Below, one piece after another: positions 17,978 to 27,795 of a stretch of 64,000 nucleotides of DNA. This DNA comes from an uncultured Candidatus Binatia bacterium (GTDB lineage Bacteria > Desulfobacterota > Binatia > UBA9968 > JAJDTQ01). The position numbers and the translations under genes were made by a program. The stretch covers positions 1,056,001-1,120,000 of the forward strand of contig OZ243916.1 in the NCBI GenBank assembly GCA_965213675.1, given 5' to 3'. Position 1 is the first letter of the stretch, and each line of letters opens with the position of its first letter. Below the pieces are notes generated by a model. The model was not told where the DNA came from. It ran no database searches and saw only the letters and a list, made by a program, of their open reading frames with translations.

Positions 17978-19090
17978 GTGACCTCAGCCAATCCCCGCCG
18001 CATCATCGACGGCGACGGCCACGTGGTCGAAGATCTCGCGGCCATCGTCGGCCACATGCCGCCGGCCTACATCGGCAAGACCTTTTCGTCCGCGCGCGCC
18101 CGGAGCCCTTTTCCGCCCATCGACCACCTGCACTCGGCCAACCGGCACTACGTTCCGGAAGGGGCCTTCGCCGATGTCGGGCCGGAGGGCTGGGAGGTGT
18201 TCCTGGAGGACGTGCGCATCGACGCCACCGTTCTCTACACCAGCGCCGGGCTGGCCTTCGGCAAGATCGTGAGCCGGGACTGGGCCATCGAGCTGGCGCG
18301 CGCCTACAACAACTGGATCCACGAGACCTACGTGGCCCGAAGCCCGCGCTTTCAGGCCATGGGCCTATTGCCGCTCCAGGAACCCAGGGCGGCGGTCGAG
18401 GAACTGCGCCGCATGGTGGAGGAGCTGGGCCTGTGCGGCGCCATGCTGCCGTCCACCGGCGCCAACATGCCGCACCTCGGCTCGGAGCGCTATTGGCCCC
18501 TCTACCAGGAGGCCGAGCGGCTGGGCTGCGCCATCGGCATCCACGGCGGCGCCCACGAAGGCATGCTCATGGACGACATGACGCCGTACGCGCCGGTGAA
18601 TGCCCTGGGCCACCCCATGGGACAGATGATCGGCTTCGCCGGCATCGTCTTCAACGGCATTCTCGACAAGTTCCCGGGGCTGCGCATCGGTTTCCTGGAG
18701 GCAGGCTGTGCCTGGCTGCTCACCTGCCTGGAACGCTTTACCAGCTCCTGGGCGAGCCACGTGCAATACGACCCCCGCGGGCGCTTCCTCAAACTCGACG
18801 ACGGCATGAACATCACGGACTACGTGTGCCGGCACATCGACGAGGACCGCATCTTCGTGGGCGTGGAGGGCGACGAACTGTCCATCGCCGAGGCCGTGCG
18901 CGTGGTGGGCAACAAGCCGTTCCTGTTCTCCTCGGACTATCCCCACGAAGTGGACGCGGCCACCTGCAAGCACGAGCTGCAGGAGCTGGAGGAGAACGCG
19001 GAACTGAGCGACGACGACAAGGACGCCATCCTTTTCCGCAATGCCCAGCGCTTCTACCGGCTGGGCGAAGGAACCGCGCAGAGGGCGTAG
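17978..19090 (+). CDS. Amidohydrolase family 2 protein
   Basis: IDGDGH, RAYNNW, IHGG, FLEAG, SSDYPH. Confidence 0.9.
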   Translation: MTSANPRRIIDGDGHVVEDLAAIVGHMPPAYIGKTFSSARARSPFPPIDHLHSANRHYVPEGAFADVGPEGWEVFLEDVRIDATVLYTSAGLAFGKIVSRDWAIELARAYNNWIHETYVARSPRFQAMGLLPLQEPRAAVEELRRMVEELGLCGAMLPSTGANMPHLGSERYWPLYQEAERLGCAIGIHGGAHEGMLMDDMTPYAPVNALGHPMGQMIGFAGIVFNGILDKFPGLRIGFLEAGCAWLLTCLERFTSSWASHVQYDPRGRFLKLDDGMNITDYVCRHIDEDRIFVGVEGDELSIAEAVRVVGNKPFLFSSDYPHEVDAATCKHELQELEENAELSDDDKDAILFRNAQRFYRLGEGTAQRA

Positions 19091-19112
19091 GAGCGAGAAC
19101 GGGAGACCTGCT

Positions 19113-20201
19113 GTGAGCACGTTACAAGATCAGACAGTCGTGGACGGCGACGGCCACGTGGTGGAAGACCACGAGGCCATCTGGCAGCGCATGCCCGAGG
19201 ACTACCGGGGCGGCAACTGGTCCGTGCGCAGTCCCTTTGCGCCCAACGACCACCTGCATTCCACCAACCGCCATTTCGTCCCCGAAGGCGCCTTCGCCAA
19301 GGTGGGACCCGACGGCTGGGTGGAGTTCCTGGAGGACGTGGGCGTGGAACGCACGGTGCTCTACCCTTCCAACGGCCTCGCCTTCGGCCGGATCGTGAGC
19401 CGGGACTGGGCCATCGAGCTGGCGCGCGCCTACAACGACTGGATCCACGACGAGTACACCACCCGAAACCCGTGTTTTCAGGCCGTGGGGCTGATCCCGC
19501 TGCACGAGCCGGACGAAGCGGTGACGGAGCTTCGGCGCATCGTCGAGGAACTCCACTTCGCCGGCGCCGTGCTGCCGGGCACCGGCGCCAGCCAGCTTCA
19601 GAACCACTTGGGGGACGAACGTTACTGGCCCATCTACGAAGAGGCCGACCGGCTCGGCTGCGCCATCGCCATCCACGGCGGCGTGCACGACAACATGGGC
19701 CTCGACGACATGAGTCCCTACGCTCCCGTGAACGCCCTGGGGCACCCCTTCGGTCAGATGGTCAACTTCGCCGGCATCGTCTTCAACGGGGTGCTGGATC
19801 GCTACCCCAACGCCCGCTTCGGCTTCCTGGAAGCCGGCGCGGCATGGTTCGTCAACTGCCTGGAGCGGTTCGAGCGCTCCTGGAGCAGCCACGTGCAATA
19901 CGATCCCAACGGCCGCTTCCTCAAGCTCGGAGACAACGAATCGGTCACCGACTACGTGCTCAAGCACGTGGACGCGGGCCGCATCTTCGTGGGCGTGGAG
20001 GGGGACGAGCTGACCCTGCCCTTCGCCGTGCGCATCGCCGGCAACAAGCCGTTCCTCTACTCTTCGGACTTCCCCCACGAAGTGAACCACGCCACCGCCA
20101 AGGAGGAAATCCGCGAACTGCGGGAAAATCCGCGGCTCACGGAGGACGACAAGTCGGCGATTCTCCACCGCAACGCCCGGCGCTTCTACCAGCTCGGTTA
20201 G
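19113..20201 (+). CDS. Amidohydrolase family 2 protein (tandem paralog)
   Basis: VDGDGH, RAYNDW, FLEAG, SSDFPH; colinear with upstream gene. Confidence 0.9.
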   Translation: MSTLQDQTVVDGDGHVVEDHEAIWQRMPEDYRGGNWSVRSPFAPNDHLHSTNRHFVPEGAFAKVGPDGWVEFLEDVGVERTVLYPSNGLAFGRIVSRDWAIELARAYNDWIHDEYTTRNPCFQAVGLIPLHEPDEAVTELRRIVEELHFAGAVLPGTGASQLQNHLGDERYWPIYEEADRLGCAIAIHGGVHDNMGLDDMSPYAPVNALGHPFGQMVNFAGIVFNGVLDRYPNARFGFLEAGAAWFVNCLERFERSWSSHVQYDPNGRFLKLGDNESVTDYVLKHVDAGRIFVGVEGDELTLPFAVRIAGNKPFLYSSDFPHEVNHATAKEEIRELRENPRLTEDDKSAILHRNARRFYQLG

Positions 20202-20340
20202 GGTCCCGTTCCATGGTCCAGGCGTGCATGCCCTTCGCGCAACCGACCCTTGATGGAAGGCTAGGAAGGCGAGGCCGTGGTGCGGATCGTGATCGCCTTG
20301 CCTTCGCGCAACCACATTCCCGAGTCCTGCACGGCGACTT

Positions 20341-21618
20341 GTGGTGACGCGCCGCCCGCCCCTCTCCGTCCCCTTTTTCTACGGCTGGGTGGTCGTGGCG
20401 CTGACCTTCTGCGTCAACCTCACGGCCGCCGGAACACGCTCCGCGGCCACCCTGCTCATCAAACCGCTGGAAGCGGAATTCGGCTGGAGCCGCGCCCTGG
20501 TGTCCGTCCCCGGCGCCCTGAACCTCCTCCTGTTCGGCATGGGTGCGCCGTTGGCGGGGTGGCTGGTGGACCGCTACGGCGCCCGCCGGGTGGTGTATTA
20601 TTCCCTGGGCATGGTGACGGTGGGTCTGGCGGCGACGGCGTTCATCCAGCAATGGTGGCAGCTCCTGTTCTTCTGGGGCCTCGTGGTGGGCATCGGCACC
20701 AGCGCCACCCCGGTGCTGGCCGCGTCGGTGGCCAACCACTGGTTCGTGAGGCACCGCGGCGTCACCATCGGCATTCTCACCAATGGCAACGCCGCCGGAC
20801 AGATGCTCTTTCTGCCGGTGCTCACCCTCGTCATCGGCGCCTCCGGCTGGCGCGGCAGCATGCTGTTCATGGCCGCCGTCGCCTTCGGCCTGATGTTGCT
20901 GGTGTCCCTGTGGATGCGCGACGAGCCTGCGGATGTGGGCCTGGAACCGTTGGGACAACAGGACACCGGCAGCGTCGCCGCGGCCGCCCGGCGCGACGTG
21001 CCGGCGTCGGCCACCCCTGTGCGCGACGCCTTCCGCAGCTCCACCTTCTGGCTTTTGAGCGCCGGCTTCTTCGTCTGCGGGGTCACCGCCAACGGGCTCA
21101 TCGGCCTGCACCTGATACCCCATGTGGTGGAAGATCTCGGCATCGCGCCGGTAATCGCCAGCCTTGTGGTCGGGGTCATGGGGGGCATCAGCTTCATCGG
21201 CACCATTGGCGCCGGCTGGCTTGTGGACCGGGTGGACGCGCGCAAGGTACTGGCCTTGGCGTACTTTCTGCGCGGCTGCGCGCTGTTCCTGCTGCCCTTC
21301 GTCGACAGCCTGCCGGGATTGATCTTGTTCGCCACGGTGTACGGCATCGACTGGTACGCCACCGGTCCCGCCACCACCGCCATCGCCGCGGACACCTTCG
21401 GCCGGTACGCGGTGGCGCGGATCTTCGGCTGGATCTTCCTGGCCCACCAACTCGGCGCCAGCACCGCGGGCAACCTCGCCGGCGTGGTCTACGACGCCTT
21501 CGGCGAGTACCAATACGCGTTTCTCGCCGGCGCCACCATGGCGCTCATCGCGGCGGCGCTGGTGATGCAGATCACGCCCAAGACCGCGCCTTTGACCCCG
21601 GCCGCGGGCACGGCGTGA
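20341..21618 (+). CDS. MFS transporter
   Basis: ~12 TM helices; GWLVDRYGARR motif A in both halves. Confidence 0.9.
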   Translation: MVTRRPPLSVPFFYGWVVVALTFCVNLTAAGTRSAATLLIKPLEAEFGWSRALVSVPGALNLLLFGMGAPLAGWLVDRYGARRVVYYSLGMVTVGLAATAFIQQWWQLLFFWGLVVGIGTSATPVLAASVANHWFVRHRGVTIGILTNGNAAGQMLFLPVLTLVIGASGWRGSMLFMAAVAFGLMLLVSLWMRDEPADVGLEPLGQQDTGSVAAAARRDVPASATPVRDAFRSSTFWLLSAGFFVCGVTANGLIGLHLIPHVVEDLGIAPVIASLVVGVMGGISFIGTIGAGWLVDRVDARKVLALAYFLRGCALFLLPFVDSLPGLILFATVYGIDWYATGPATTAIAADTFGRYAVARIFGWIFLAHQLGASTAGNLAGVVYDAFGEYQYAFLAGATMALIAAALVMQITPKTAPLTPAAGTA

Positions 21619-21714
21619 CGGCCCACTGAAGAGCGGCAACGCCGCGCCCCAGCCCTTTTGACGGCTCGGACCGGCGCCACGGAAATCGATCGACGAGAAT
21701 CATACGGAGGCCCC

Positions 21715-22725
21715 ATGCAACTACCGCCCATCGCCGCCACCACCATCGGCAGCTTCCCGCGACCGCGGTGGCTGGCCACCGCCGTCCGCAGCACGGTGAC
21801 GTTCAACCTCGATGGCGAGCTGCTCCAGGAAGGACTGGATGACGCCACCACCGTGGCCATCCGCGATCAGGAGCGCGCCGGCCTTGACCTCGTCACCGAC
21901 GGCGAGCAGCGCCGGCCGCACTTCATCGACCACATCCTGAACTCCATGCACGGCGTGGACACGGTGAACCGTGTGGCCAAGGGCGTGTACCGGCGGCGCG
22001 AGGAGGTGCACCAGGTGCCGCGGGTGCATGGCCCCATCAGCCGGCGGGTTCCCGCCGTCGTGGAGGACCTGCGCTTCGCCAAGGCGCGCACGGACCGACC
22101 CGTGAAGATGGCGGTGCCCGGCCCCATGACCGTTATCGACAGCACACTGGACGAACACTACGGCGACGAGGCCGCCATGGCCATGGATGTGGCCGCGGTG
22201 CTGAACGCCGAGTTGCGCGACCTCCAGGCGGCGGGCGCGGACGTGTTACAGATCGACGAGCCCGCCATGACCCGTTACCACGAGAAGGTGGCCGACTACG
22301 GCGCCCGCGCCCTCGACCGCTGCGTCGAGGGCATCACCATCCCCACCGTCGTGCACCTGTGCTACGGCTATCCCGGCGGCAAGAGCCTGCAGCACGAGTA
22401 CGAGTACCCGGAACTGTTCCCCTTGCTGCTGGAAACCGGCATCGGCGGCTTCGCCGTGGAATTCGCCCGCAGCCACTACGACCCGGCCATCCTCGAACCG
22501 TGCAAGGAGCGCCTCGTCATGTTCGGCGCCGTCGACCCCAGCGACGTCCCGGCGCCCCCGGTGGACACCGTGGTGACGCGAATACGCGAGGTGCTCCGCT
22601 ACCTCGACCCCGACAAGCTCCTGCTGGCGCCCGACTGCGGCCTCATGACGGTCAGCCGCGAGTTGGCCTTCGCCAAGGCCAGCCTGCTTGCGGACGCCGC
22701 CGCGGAGCTGCGCCGGACGCTGTGA
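21715..22725 (+). CDS. Cobalamin-independent methionine synthase II family protein
   Basis: IGSFPRP, TDGEQRR, QIDEP, HLCYG, PDCGL. Confidence 0.88.
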   Translation: MQLPPIAATTIGSFPRPRWLATAVRSTVTFNLDGELLQEGLDDATTVAIRDQERAGLDLVTDGEQRRPHFIDHILNSMHGVDTVNRVAKGVYRRREEVHQVPRVHGPISRRVPAVVEDLRFAKARTDRPVKMAVPGPMTVIDSTLDEHYGDEAAMAMDVAAVLNAELRDLQAAGADVLQIDEPAMTRYHEKVADYGARALDRCVEGITIPTVVHLCYGYPGGKSLQHEYEYPELFPLLLETGIGGFAVEFARSHYDPAILEPCKERLVMFGAVDPSDVPAPPVDTVVTRIREVLRYLDPDKLLLAPDCGLMTVSRELAFAKASLLADAAAELRRTL

Positions 22726-22766
22726 CGGCACGACGGGCGCCCACCGCATCCCTACGGACGTCAACG

Positions 22767-23273
22767 ATGTACCGCGCCGTGAAACTCCCCGACCCCATTG
22801 CCGGCCGTCTCTACGTCGGCAGCATGCCCGGACGCTACGAAGCGTTCCAGGACGCATGGCGCGCCATCATCGACCACGGCATCACGCGCGTCATCTGTCT
22901 CGTGCCCCCGGAGGAACTGCGCGACAAGTCGCCGCGCTACGCCCACGCCCTTGACGAGACCGGAACGCCGTGGGTGCACGAGAGCTTCCCCGTCGAGGAT
23001 TTCGAGGCTCCCGTGGACCGTGACGCGTTCTGGCAAATGGCCCGCAAGGCCGCCAAGCTCCTCGGCGAAGGCGAAACTCTACTGGTGCACTGCGCCGCCG
23101 GCATCGGCCGCACCGGCATGTTCGGTGTATGCGTGCTGCTGGCCCTGGGCGTGACCCCGGCCGCGGCGCGCGCGGCACTGCGCAAGGTCGGCTCCGCCCC
23201 GGAGAACGCCGCCCAGGACGCCGTGATCCAATGGGCCGCGGAACTCCTTCACCGGTCGAAGATGGCGGGCTGA
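22767..23273 (+). CDS. Dual-specificity / protein-tyrosine phosphatase
   Basis: VHCAAGIGRTG (CX5R). Confidence 0.88.
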   Translation: MYRAVKLPDPIAGRLYVGSMPGRYEAFQDAWRAIIDHGITRVICLVPPEELRDKSPRYAHALDETGTPWVHESFPVEDFEAPVDRDAFWQMARKAAKLLGEGETLLVHCAAGIGRTGMFGVCVLLALGVTPAAARAALRKVGSAPENAAQDAVIQWAAELLHRSKMAG

Positions 23274-23338
23274 AAGCGCGTGGAAGGGAAATCAGCGGCC
23301 AGTTGACAGATTCCGAGGCCCGGGCCATCATTCAGGGT

Positions 23339-23452
23339 ATGGATACGCGGCAAGCCGCCAGGATACTGCAAGGAGCCGGCTTCAACGAGGCCCAGGCGGC
23401 GGCCGTCGTCCACACCATCCGATATCGAGCTCCGCGGAGGACATGCCAATGA
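23339..23452 (+). pseudogene. DUF1640-like N-terminal fragment
   Basis: MDTRQAARILQGAGFNEAQAAAVV. Confidence 0.45.
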
Positions 23453-23967
23453 GCCGCATCACCCCCCCTCTCAATTTCGCCCGCTGGATCGATGAGCACC
23501 GTCATCTACTCAAGCCGCCGGTGGGCAACCAGGTGGTATATACGGACACCGAGTTCACGGTGATGGTCGTGGGCGGTCCCAACACGCGCAAGGACTACCA
23601 TGTGGACGAGGGCGAGGAGTTCTTCTACCAACTCGAAGGCGACATGACGCTCCGGATCATGGAGGACGGCGCGCCGCGGGACATCCCCATCCGCGCGGGC
23701 GAGATCTTTCTGCTGCCTCCCAAGGTGCCGCATTCGCCGCAACGGCAGGCCGACACCGTGGGCCTCGTCATCGAGCGCCAGCGCCGCGACGGCGAGTTGG
23801 ACCTGTTCCAATGGTACTGCGACGACTGCCACGCCAAGATCTACGAGGAATCGGTGCAACTCACGGACATCGTCGCCCAGCTCCCGCCCATCTTCGAGCG
23901 CTTCTGGAAGAACGAGGCCAACCGCAAGTGCGACGGCTGCGGCTCGGTCATGGGGCCGCTCAACTGA
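23443..23967 (+). CDS. nbaC: 3-hydroxyanthranilate 3,4-dioxygenase
   Basis: LKPPVGN, VGGPNTRKDYH, EEFFYQ, PHSPQR, two CxxC. Confidence 0.93.
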   Translation: MPMSRITPPLNFARWIDEHRHLLKPPVGNQVVYTDTEFTVMVVGGPNTRKDYHVDEGEEFFYQLEGDMTLRIMEDGAPRDIPIRAGEIFLLPPKVPHSPQRQADTVGLVIERQRRDGELDLFQWYCDDCHAKIYEESVQLTDIVAQLPPIFERFWKNEANRKCDGCGSVMGPLN

Positions 23968-24539
23968 GCCGCGATCCGCGCGCCCCTGCTTCCAAGCTGT
24001 ATCGCGGTCTGGCCAACGCCCTGACCCTGGGACGTTTCGCCGTCCCGGTCCCTTTCATTCACCTGATGGTCGAAACCGCCAAGGGAGCCCCCGGCTCCCC
24101 TGGTGCGCTCCTGTGCGGCCTGTACGTGATCACCGCGTCCTCCGACCTTCTCGACGGCTTCCTCGCCCGCCGCTCCGGCGCCCCGAGCGCGCGCTGGGGT
24201 CGTCTGGACGCCTTGGCGGACGTGTTCTTCAACACCACGGCGCTCCTGGCAGCCGCCTGGCTGGGGCTCATCGGCTACTGGGTGCCGCTCGGTGTTGCCG
24301 CCCTCGCGGCCCAGTTCCTGTACCGCAACAGGAAACCGCGGGCCAACACCGGAGTTCAGCTTCTGGAGGACCTCCCGGGGAAGGCCGCGGGCGTCATCTA
24401 CTACCTGCTGGTAGGCGCCGTCACATTGGGCCTGTGGCTGGATCGGGACCCGGCGCTGTGGCTCGATCAGGCGGGAAACGCGGTGTTCGTGTACACGGCG
24501 CTCGTCTTTGCCCGGAATCTTCGACGGACCACGCCATGA
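23964..24539 (+). CDS. CDP-alcohol phosphatidyltransferase family protein
   Basis: NALTLGR, DLLDGFLARR..WGRLDALAD; start uncertain. Confidence 0.82.
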   Translation: MSRDPRAPASKLYRGLANALTLGRFAVPVPFIHLMVETAKGAPGSPGALLCGLYVITASSDLLDGFLARRSGAPSARWGRLDALADVFFNTTALLAAAWLGLIGYWVPLGVAALAAQFLYRNRKPRANTGVQLLEDLPGKAAGVIYYLLVGAVTLGLWLDRDPALWLDQAGNAVFVYTALVFARNLRRTTP

Positions 24540-24578
24540 AACATTTCGCGTCACTCCGGTGTCCCCACCCACGCCCCG

Positions 24579-24685
24579 CCTGGATTCCCGCCCCCGATCG
24601 GGGTCGAGGGCAAGCTTTCGCGGGAATGACGTTTCGTAGGCCGTGTATCGAATCGCTCTCCACGAACTGTTTTGCAACATTGGGG
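24579..24685 (+). repeat. Composite REP + conserved 55-bp tail, copy 1
   Basis: Tail repeated at 53761-53811 (inverted) and 62875-62930. Confidence 0.75.
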
Positions 24686-24777
24686 TATACGCTGACGAAC
24701 TTGGCGGCTCGTGCCCGACGGCCCGATCATGCCGGTGGATAGCCCCGGGGCGCGCCGCCGAAGTCCACTGGTCCCAT

Positions 24778-26031
24778 TCAACGGTCGCCGGCGTACAGTT
24801 TGAGCGGCATGAGGCAGGCCGCCGCCGCGAAGACGAAGACCCCGGCGAGCACGAAGGCGGAGCCCAAGCCGTAGAGGTCGGCCAGGTAACCCGCGATGAT
24901 GGGCGTGGGCAGGACCGCGACTTGGGCGATCACCGTGGTCAGCCCTTGGGAGGACGCCTGTACGTTGGCGCCGGAGACATCCGCGATTACCGCGGTGATC
25001 ACGTTCATCAGGGTGTAGAAGAAGGTGCCGATGGCAGTGATGACGAGGGTCAGGGCCAGCACCGGCGGCGCCACCGCCAGCAGCACGTAGAGAACCCCGA
25101 GGATGAGCATCGACGGCACCAGCACGAACTTCCGGCCGTAGCGATCGGAGAGATAGCCCAGCGGAGTCTGGGAAAAGATGCCGACGACGTGAAGCAGCAT
25201 CCAGTAGACCCCGAGCAGGCTTGCGGAGAGTTGCAGCTCTTCCACCAGATATATGGGCAGAAACGTCAGCACCACCACACGGCCCATGGTCAGAAGGCCT
25301 CGCGAGGCGGAAATGGCCACGAAGGTCCCGTCCTTCAACAACGCCATCATGTCCGCGAAACGTCCGAGACGTGACCGGGGGACCTCATCCTGACGGAACA
25401 TCCCCAGAAGGCCGCGCAGGACCAGGAGACCGAACAGGACTCCCGGCACGACCTGCCACCAGAGGATATCTTCCCACGGCAGGGCCGCCAGCAGCACGCC
25501 TTGGGCGAGCGGCGACAGGCTGTCGCTGACGGTGGCGCCGGTACCGTGAACCGAGATGGCGGTGCCCCGGCGCTCCGGGAACTTGGATGTGAGCGTGGCC
25601 GCCGCCGTGGGGTGCCACAGGGCCGTGCCGAATCCGATGAGCACACTGGCGGCGAAGGCGGCGCCAAAACCGCCGCGGCTGCCGAAAAGCAGATAGGCCA
25701 ACCCCATCATCACCAGGGACGAGGCCAGGATCAGGTCCCGATACCGATGAAGCGCGTCGGCCAGAATTCCGGCGGGAAGGTTCAGGGTACCCTGTCCGAA
25801 CTGGCGCGCGGTCCCCAGCGCCCCCGCCTGCACCGCATTGAGGCCGAGTCCCGTCTTGATGAACGGCAGCGCCACCGGATACAACTGTTGAAACCAGTGA
25901 ATCGCGATGTGCCCCCCGGTGACGACGGTCAGCAGACGCAGCCGTTCGGGCCCCAGGTCGCGAGCGGCGTCCACAAGCCGCCGGGCGCGGGAGCGGGCGA
26001 CCGGGTCCGACGTTGGAGAATCTATCGACAT
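24778..26031 (-). CDS. MFS transporter (Fsr-like)
   Basis: ~12 TM helices, GYLSDRYGRK, LWHP motif. Confidence 0.88.
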   Translation of the reverse strand: MSIDSPTSDPVARSRARRLVDAARDLGPERLRLLTVVTGGHIAIHWFQQLYPVALPFIKTGLGLNAVQAGALGTARQFGQGTLNLPAGILADALHRYRDLILASSLVMMGLAYLLFGSRGGFGAAFAASVLIGFGTALWHPTAAATLTSKFPERRGTAISVHGTGATVSDSLSPLAQGVLLAALPWEDILWWQVVPGVLFGLLVLRGLLGMFRQDEVPRSRLGRFADMMALLKDGTFVAISASRGLLTMGRVVVLTFLPIYLVEELQLSASLLGVYWMLLHVVGIFSQTPLGYLSDRYGRKFVLVPSMLILGVLYVLLAVAPPVLALTLVITAIGTFFYTLMNVITAVIADVSGANVQASSQGLTTVIAQVAVLPTPIIAGYLADLYGLGSAFVLAGVFVFAAAACLMPLKLYAGDR

Positions 26032-26044
26032 GGCGCCACTTGGC

Positions 26045-26455
26045 TCACGGCTTCCACGGATTCACCAACTCGACGCCCGTGGCAACGAAATCGGCCTCGT
26101 TGCGTGTGACGACGGTCAGGCTGTAGCTCAGCGCCGTAGCAGCGATCAGCCCGTCCATCACGGGCAGCCTTTGACAGCGGGCCGTCAAGCGGCCCCAATG
26201 GTCCGCAACATGCGCGTCAAGCGGCAGAACACGCTCTCCCAGCCACATCGGCAGCTCCGTTTCCAACCAAGTAGTCAGCCGTAACCGCCGCTGACCTCGT
26301 CCCAGCATCATGATTCCCTTGCGGATCTCGCCCAGGGTCAAGACGCTGACGAAGATGGACGTCTTCGGCGTGTTCTCGAACCACCCGCGAACCTGCGACG
26401 ACGGCCGCGGTTTCACCAATTCCGACAAGGCGCAGGTATCGATCAGGAAACTCAC
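26045..26455 (-). CDS. vapC: VapC PIN-domain toxin
   Basis: FLIDTCALSE, GEI, DGLIAATA, VTRN..DF. Confidence 0.9.
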   Translation of the reverse strand: MSFLIDTCALSELVKPRPSSQVRGWFENTPKTSIFVSVLTLGEIRKGIMMLGRGQRRLRLTTWLETELPMWLGERVLPLDAHVADHWGRLTARCQRLPVMDGLIAATALSYSLTVVTRNEADFVATGVELVNPWKP

Positions 26456-26703
26456 AGATCGATCTTGCGCGGCAGTGACTTGTCCCGCTCGATGTCGAGG
26501 TCCAATCCCACTCGTGAGGATACCCGCAGAAACTCGCGCGTCGAGAGTTCCGGACGTTTCAGGCGGTCATAGTCGTCCGCCGACAACAGCACGGCGGCGC
26601 GACGGCCCCGCACGGTAATGGTCTGCGGGCCCGAATCCTCGGCATCCCGTACCATTTCGCTGAAGCGCGCCTTGGCTTCCTGTACTTGCCAGTCCTGACT
26701 CAT
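26452..26703 (-). CDS. Phd/YefM family antitoxin
   Basis: WQVQEAKARFSE..GPQTITVRG; overlaps toxin start. Confidence 0.88.
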   Translation of the reverse strand: MSQDWQVQEAKARFSEMVRDAEDSGPQTITVRGRRAAVLLSADDYDRLKRPELSTREFLRVSSRVGLDLDIERDKSLPRKIDL

Positions 26704-26772
26704 GGTTTCCTCCTGACCATGCATGGATCGATTCTGACCATCCTGACCATTTACTACAGGGCATACCGAACT

Positions 26773-27771
26773 TCAACTTCCTGCGCCTGCAGGCCTCCGT
26801 GAGAACAGATCCGCGTACACCCGCGGCAGGAAGATCAAGCCGAAGGAGCCGTTGGCGAGCATGAAGGTGAGGTGGGCGGCGAGGCTGTAGGCGAGCAGGT
26901 CCGCCTCGGCGGCGTAACCGCCGAAGAAGAATATCCAGGCCGCCTGGGAGGTGCCCAGGTGGGCCACGGTGACGGGCAGCGCCGCCACCAGGTAGACGAT
27001 GGGCAGAAAGGCCAGCAGCGGCAGCATGGGGACATCGATGCCGAAGAACGTGAGCGCCCGGGCGTGCACCAGGAGCGAGAGGAAGAACACCGAGCCCTTG
27101 AGGGCAAGGATCGCCAGGGCCTGGAACCAGCGCGCCTTGCGGAATGTGGACAGGAGCACGTTGCCGCCGAAACGCCGCCCCAGCGCCCCCAACCGTCCCT
27201 GGGCGACGCCCATCACCGTGAGCCAGGCCAATGTCAGCAACACCGGCAGGAGGAAGAAGACCGCTGGCGTGCCGCCGGGGAAGGCGATCGAGCCCACGGT
27301 GGCGAAGAAGATGAGGTTGGTGGCCTCCAGCAGGATGAGCAGCATCACGCTGCTGATGACCTCCCCCAGTGGCGTACGGAAGCGACGGTTCAGGTACAGC
27401 GCCAGCGCCGCCTGGGCAAGTTGCGTGTTGATGATGGCCACCACGTAGGTGGAGGCGCGCACCGGCAGCAGCTCCCGGTAGCGGATGGGTCCGTGAAACC
27501 AGCGGATCAGGATGGTGAGCGCCGTCGAGTCCACCAGGAAAAAACAAAGGGAAAACAACCCCATGACGCCTAAGAACGGCAGCAGGCGAGCCCCGGAAAC
27601 CGCCTGCCAAAAAGCGTCGAAGGGAATGCGCCAGAAGATGACGCCGAAGATGACGAGGGTCAAGGTCACCGGGACGAGACGCGCCCAAGGGCTCTGTCCC
27701 TTCGGCGGAGCCGTGCGCTGTCCGCTGGGCGGCGCGGTTGTGTCGTGAGTCGCCGGATCGTTCACATGCAT
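26773..27771 (-). CDS. Lysylphosphatidylglycerol synthase TM / flippase-like membrane protein
   Basis: Multi-TM; LPVTVAHLG..QAAW motif. Confidence 0.7.
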   Translation of the reverse strand: MHVNDPATHDTTAPPSGQRTAPPKGQSPWARLVPVTLTLVIFGVIFWRIPFDAFWQAVSGARLLPFLGVMGLFSLCFFLVDSTALTILIRWFHGPIRYRELLPVRASTYVVAIINTQLAQAALALYLNRRFRTPLGEVISSVMLLILLEATNLIFFATVGSIAFPGGTPAVFFLLPVLLTLAWLTVMGVAQGRLGALGRRFGGNVLLSTFRKARWFQALAILALKGSVFFLSLLVHARALTFFGIDVPMLPLLAFLPIVYLVAALPVTVAHLGTSQAAWIFFFGGYAAEADLLAYSLAAHLTFMLANGSFGLIFLPRVYADLFSRRPAGAGS

Positions 27772-27795
27772 GGTCCGTGGCGGGTTGTCCGTCCA

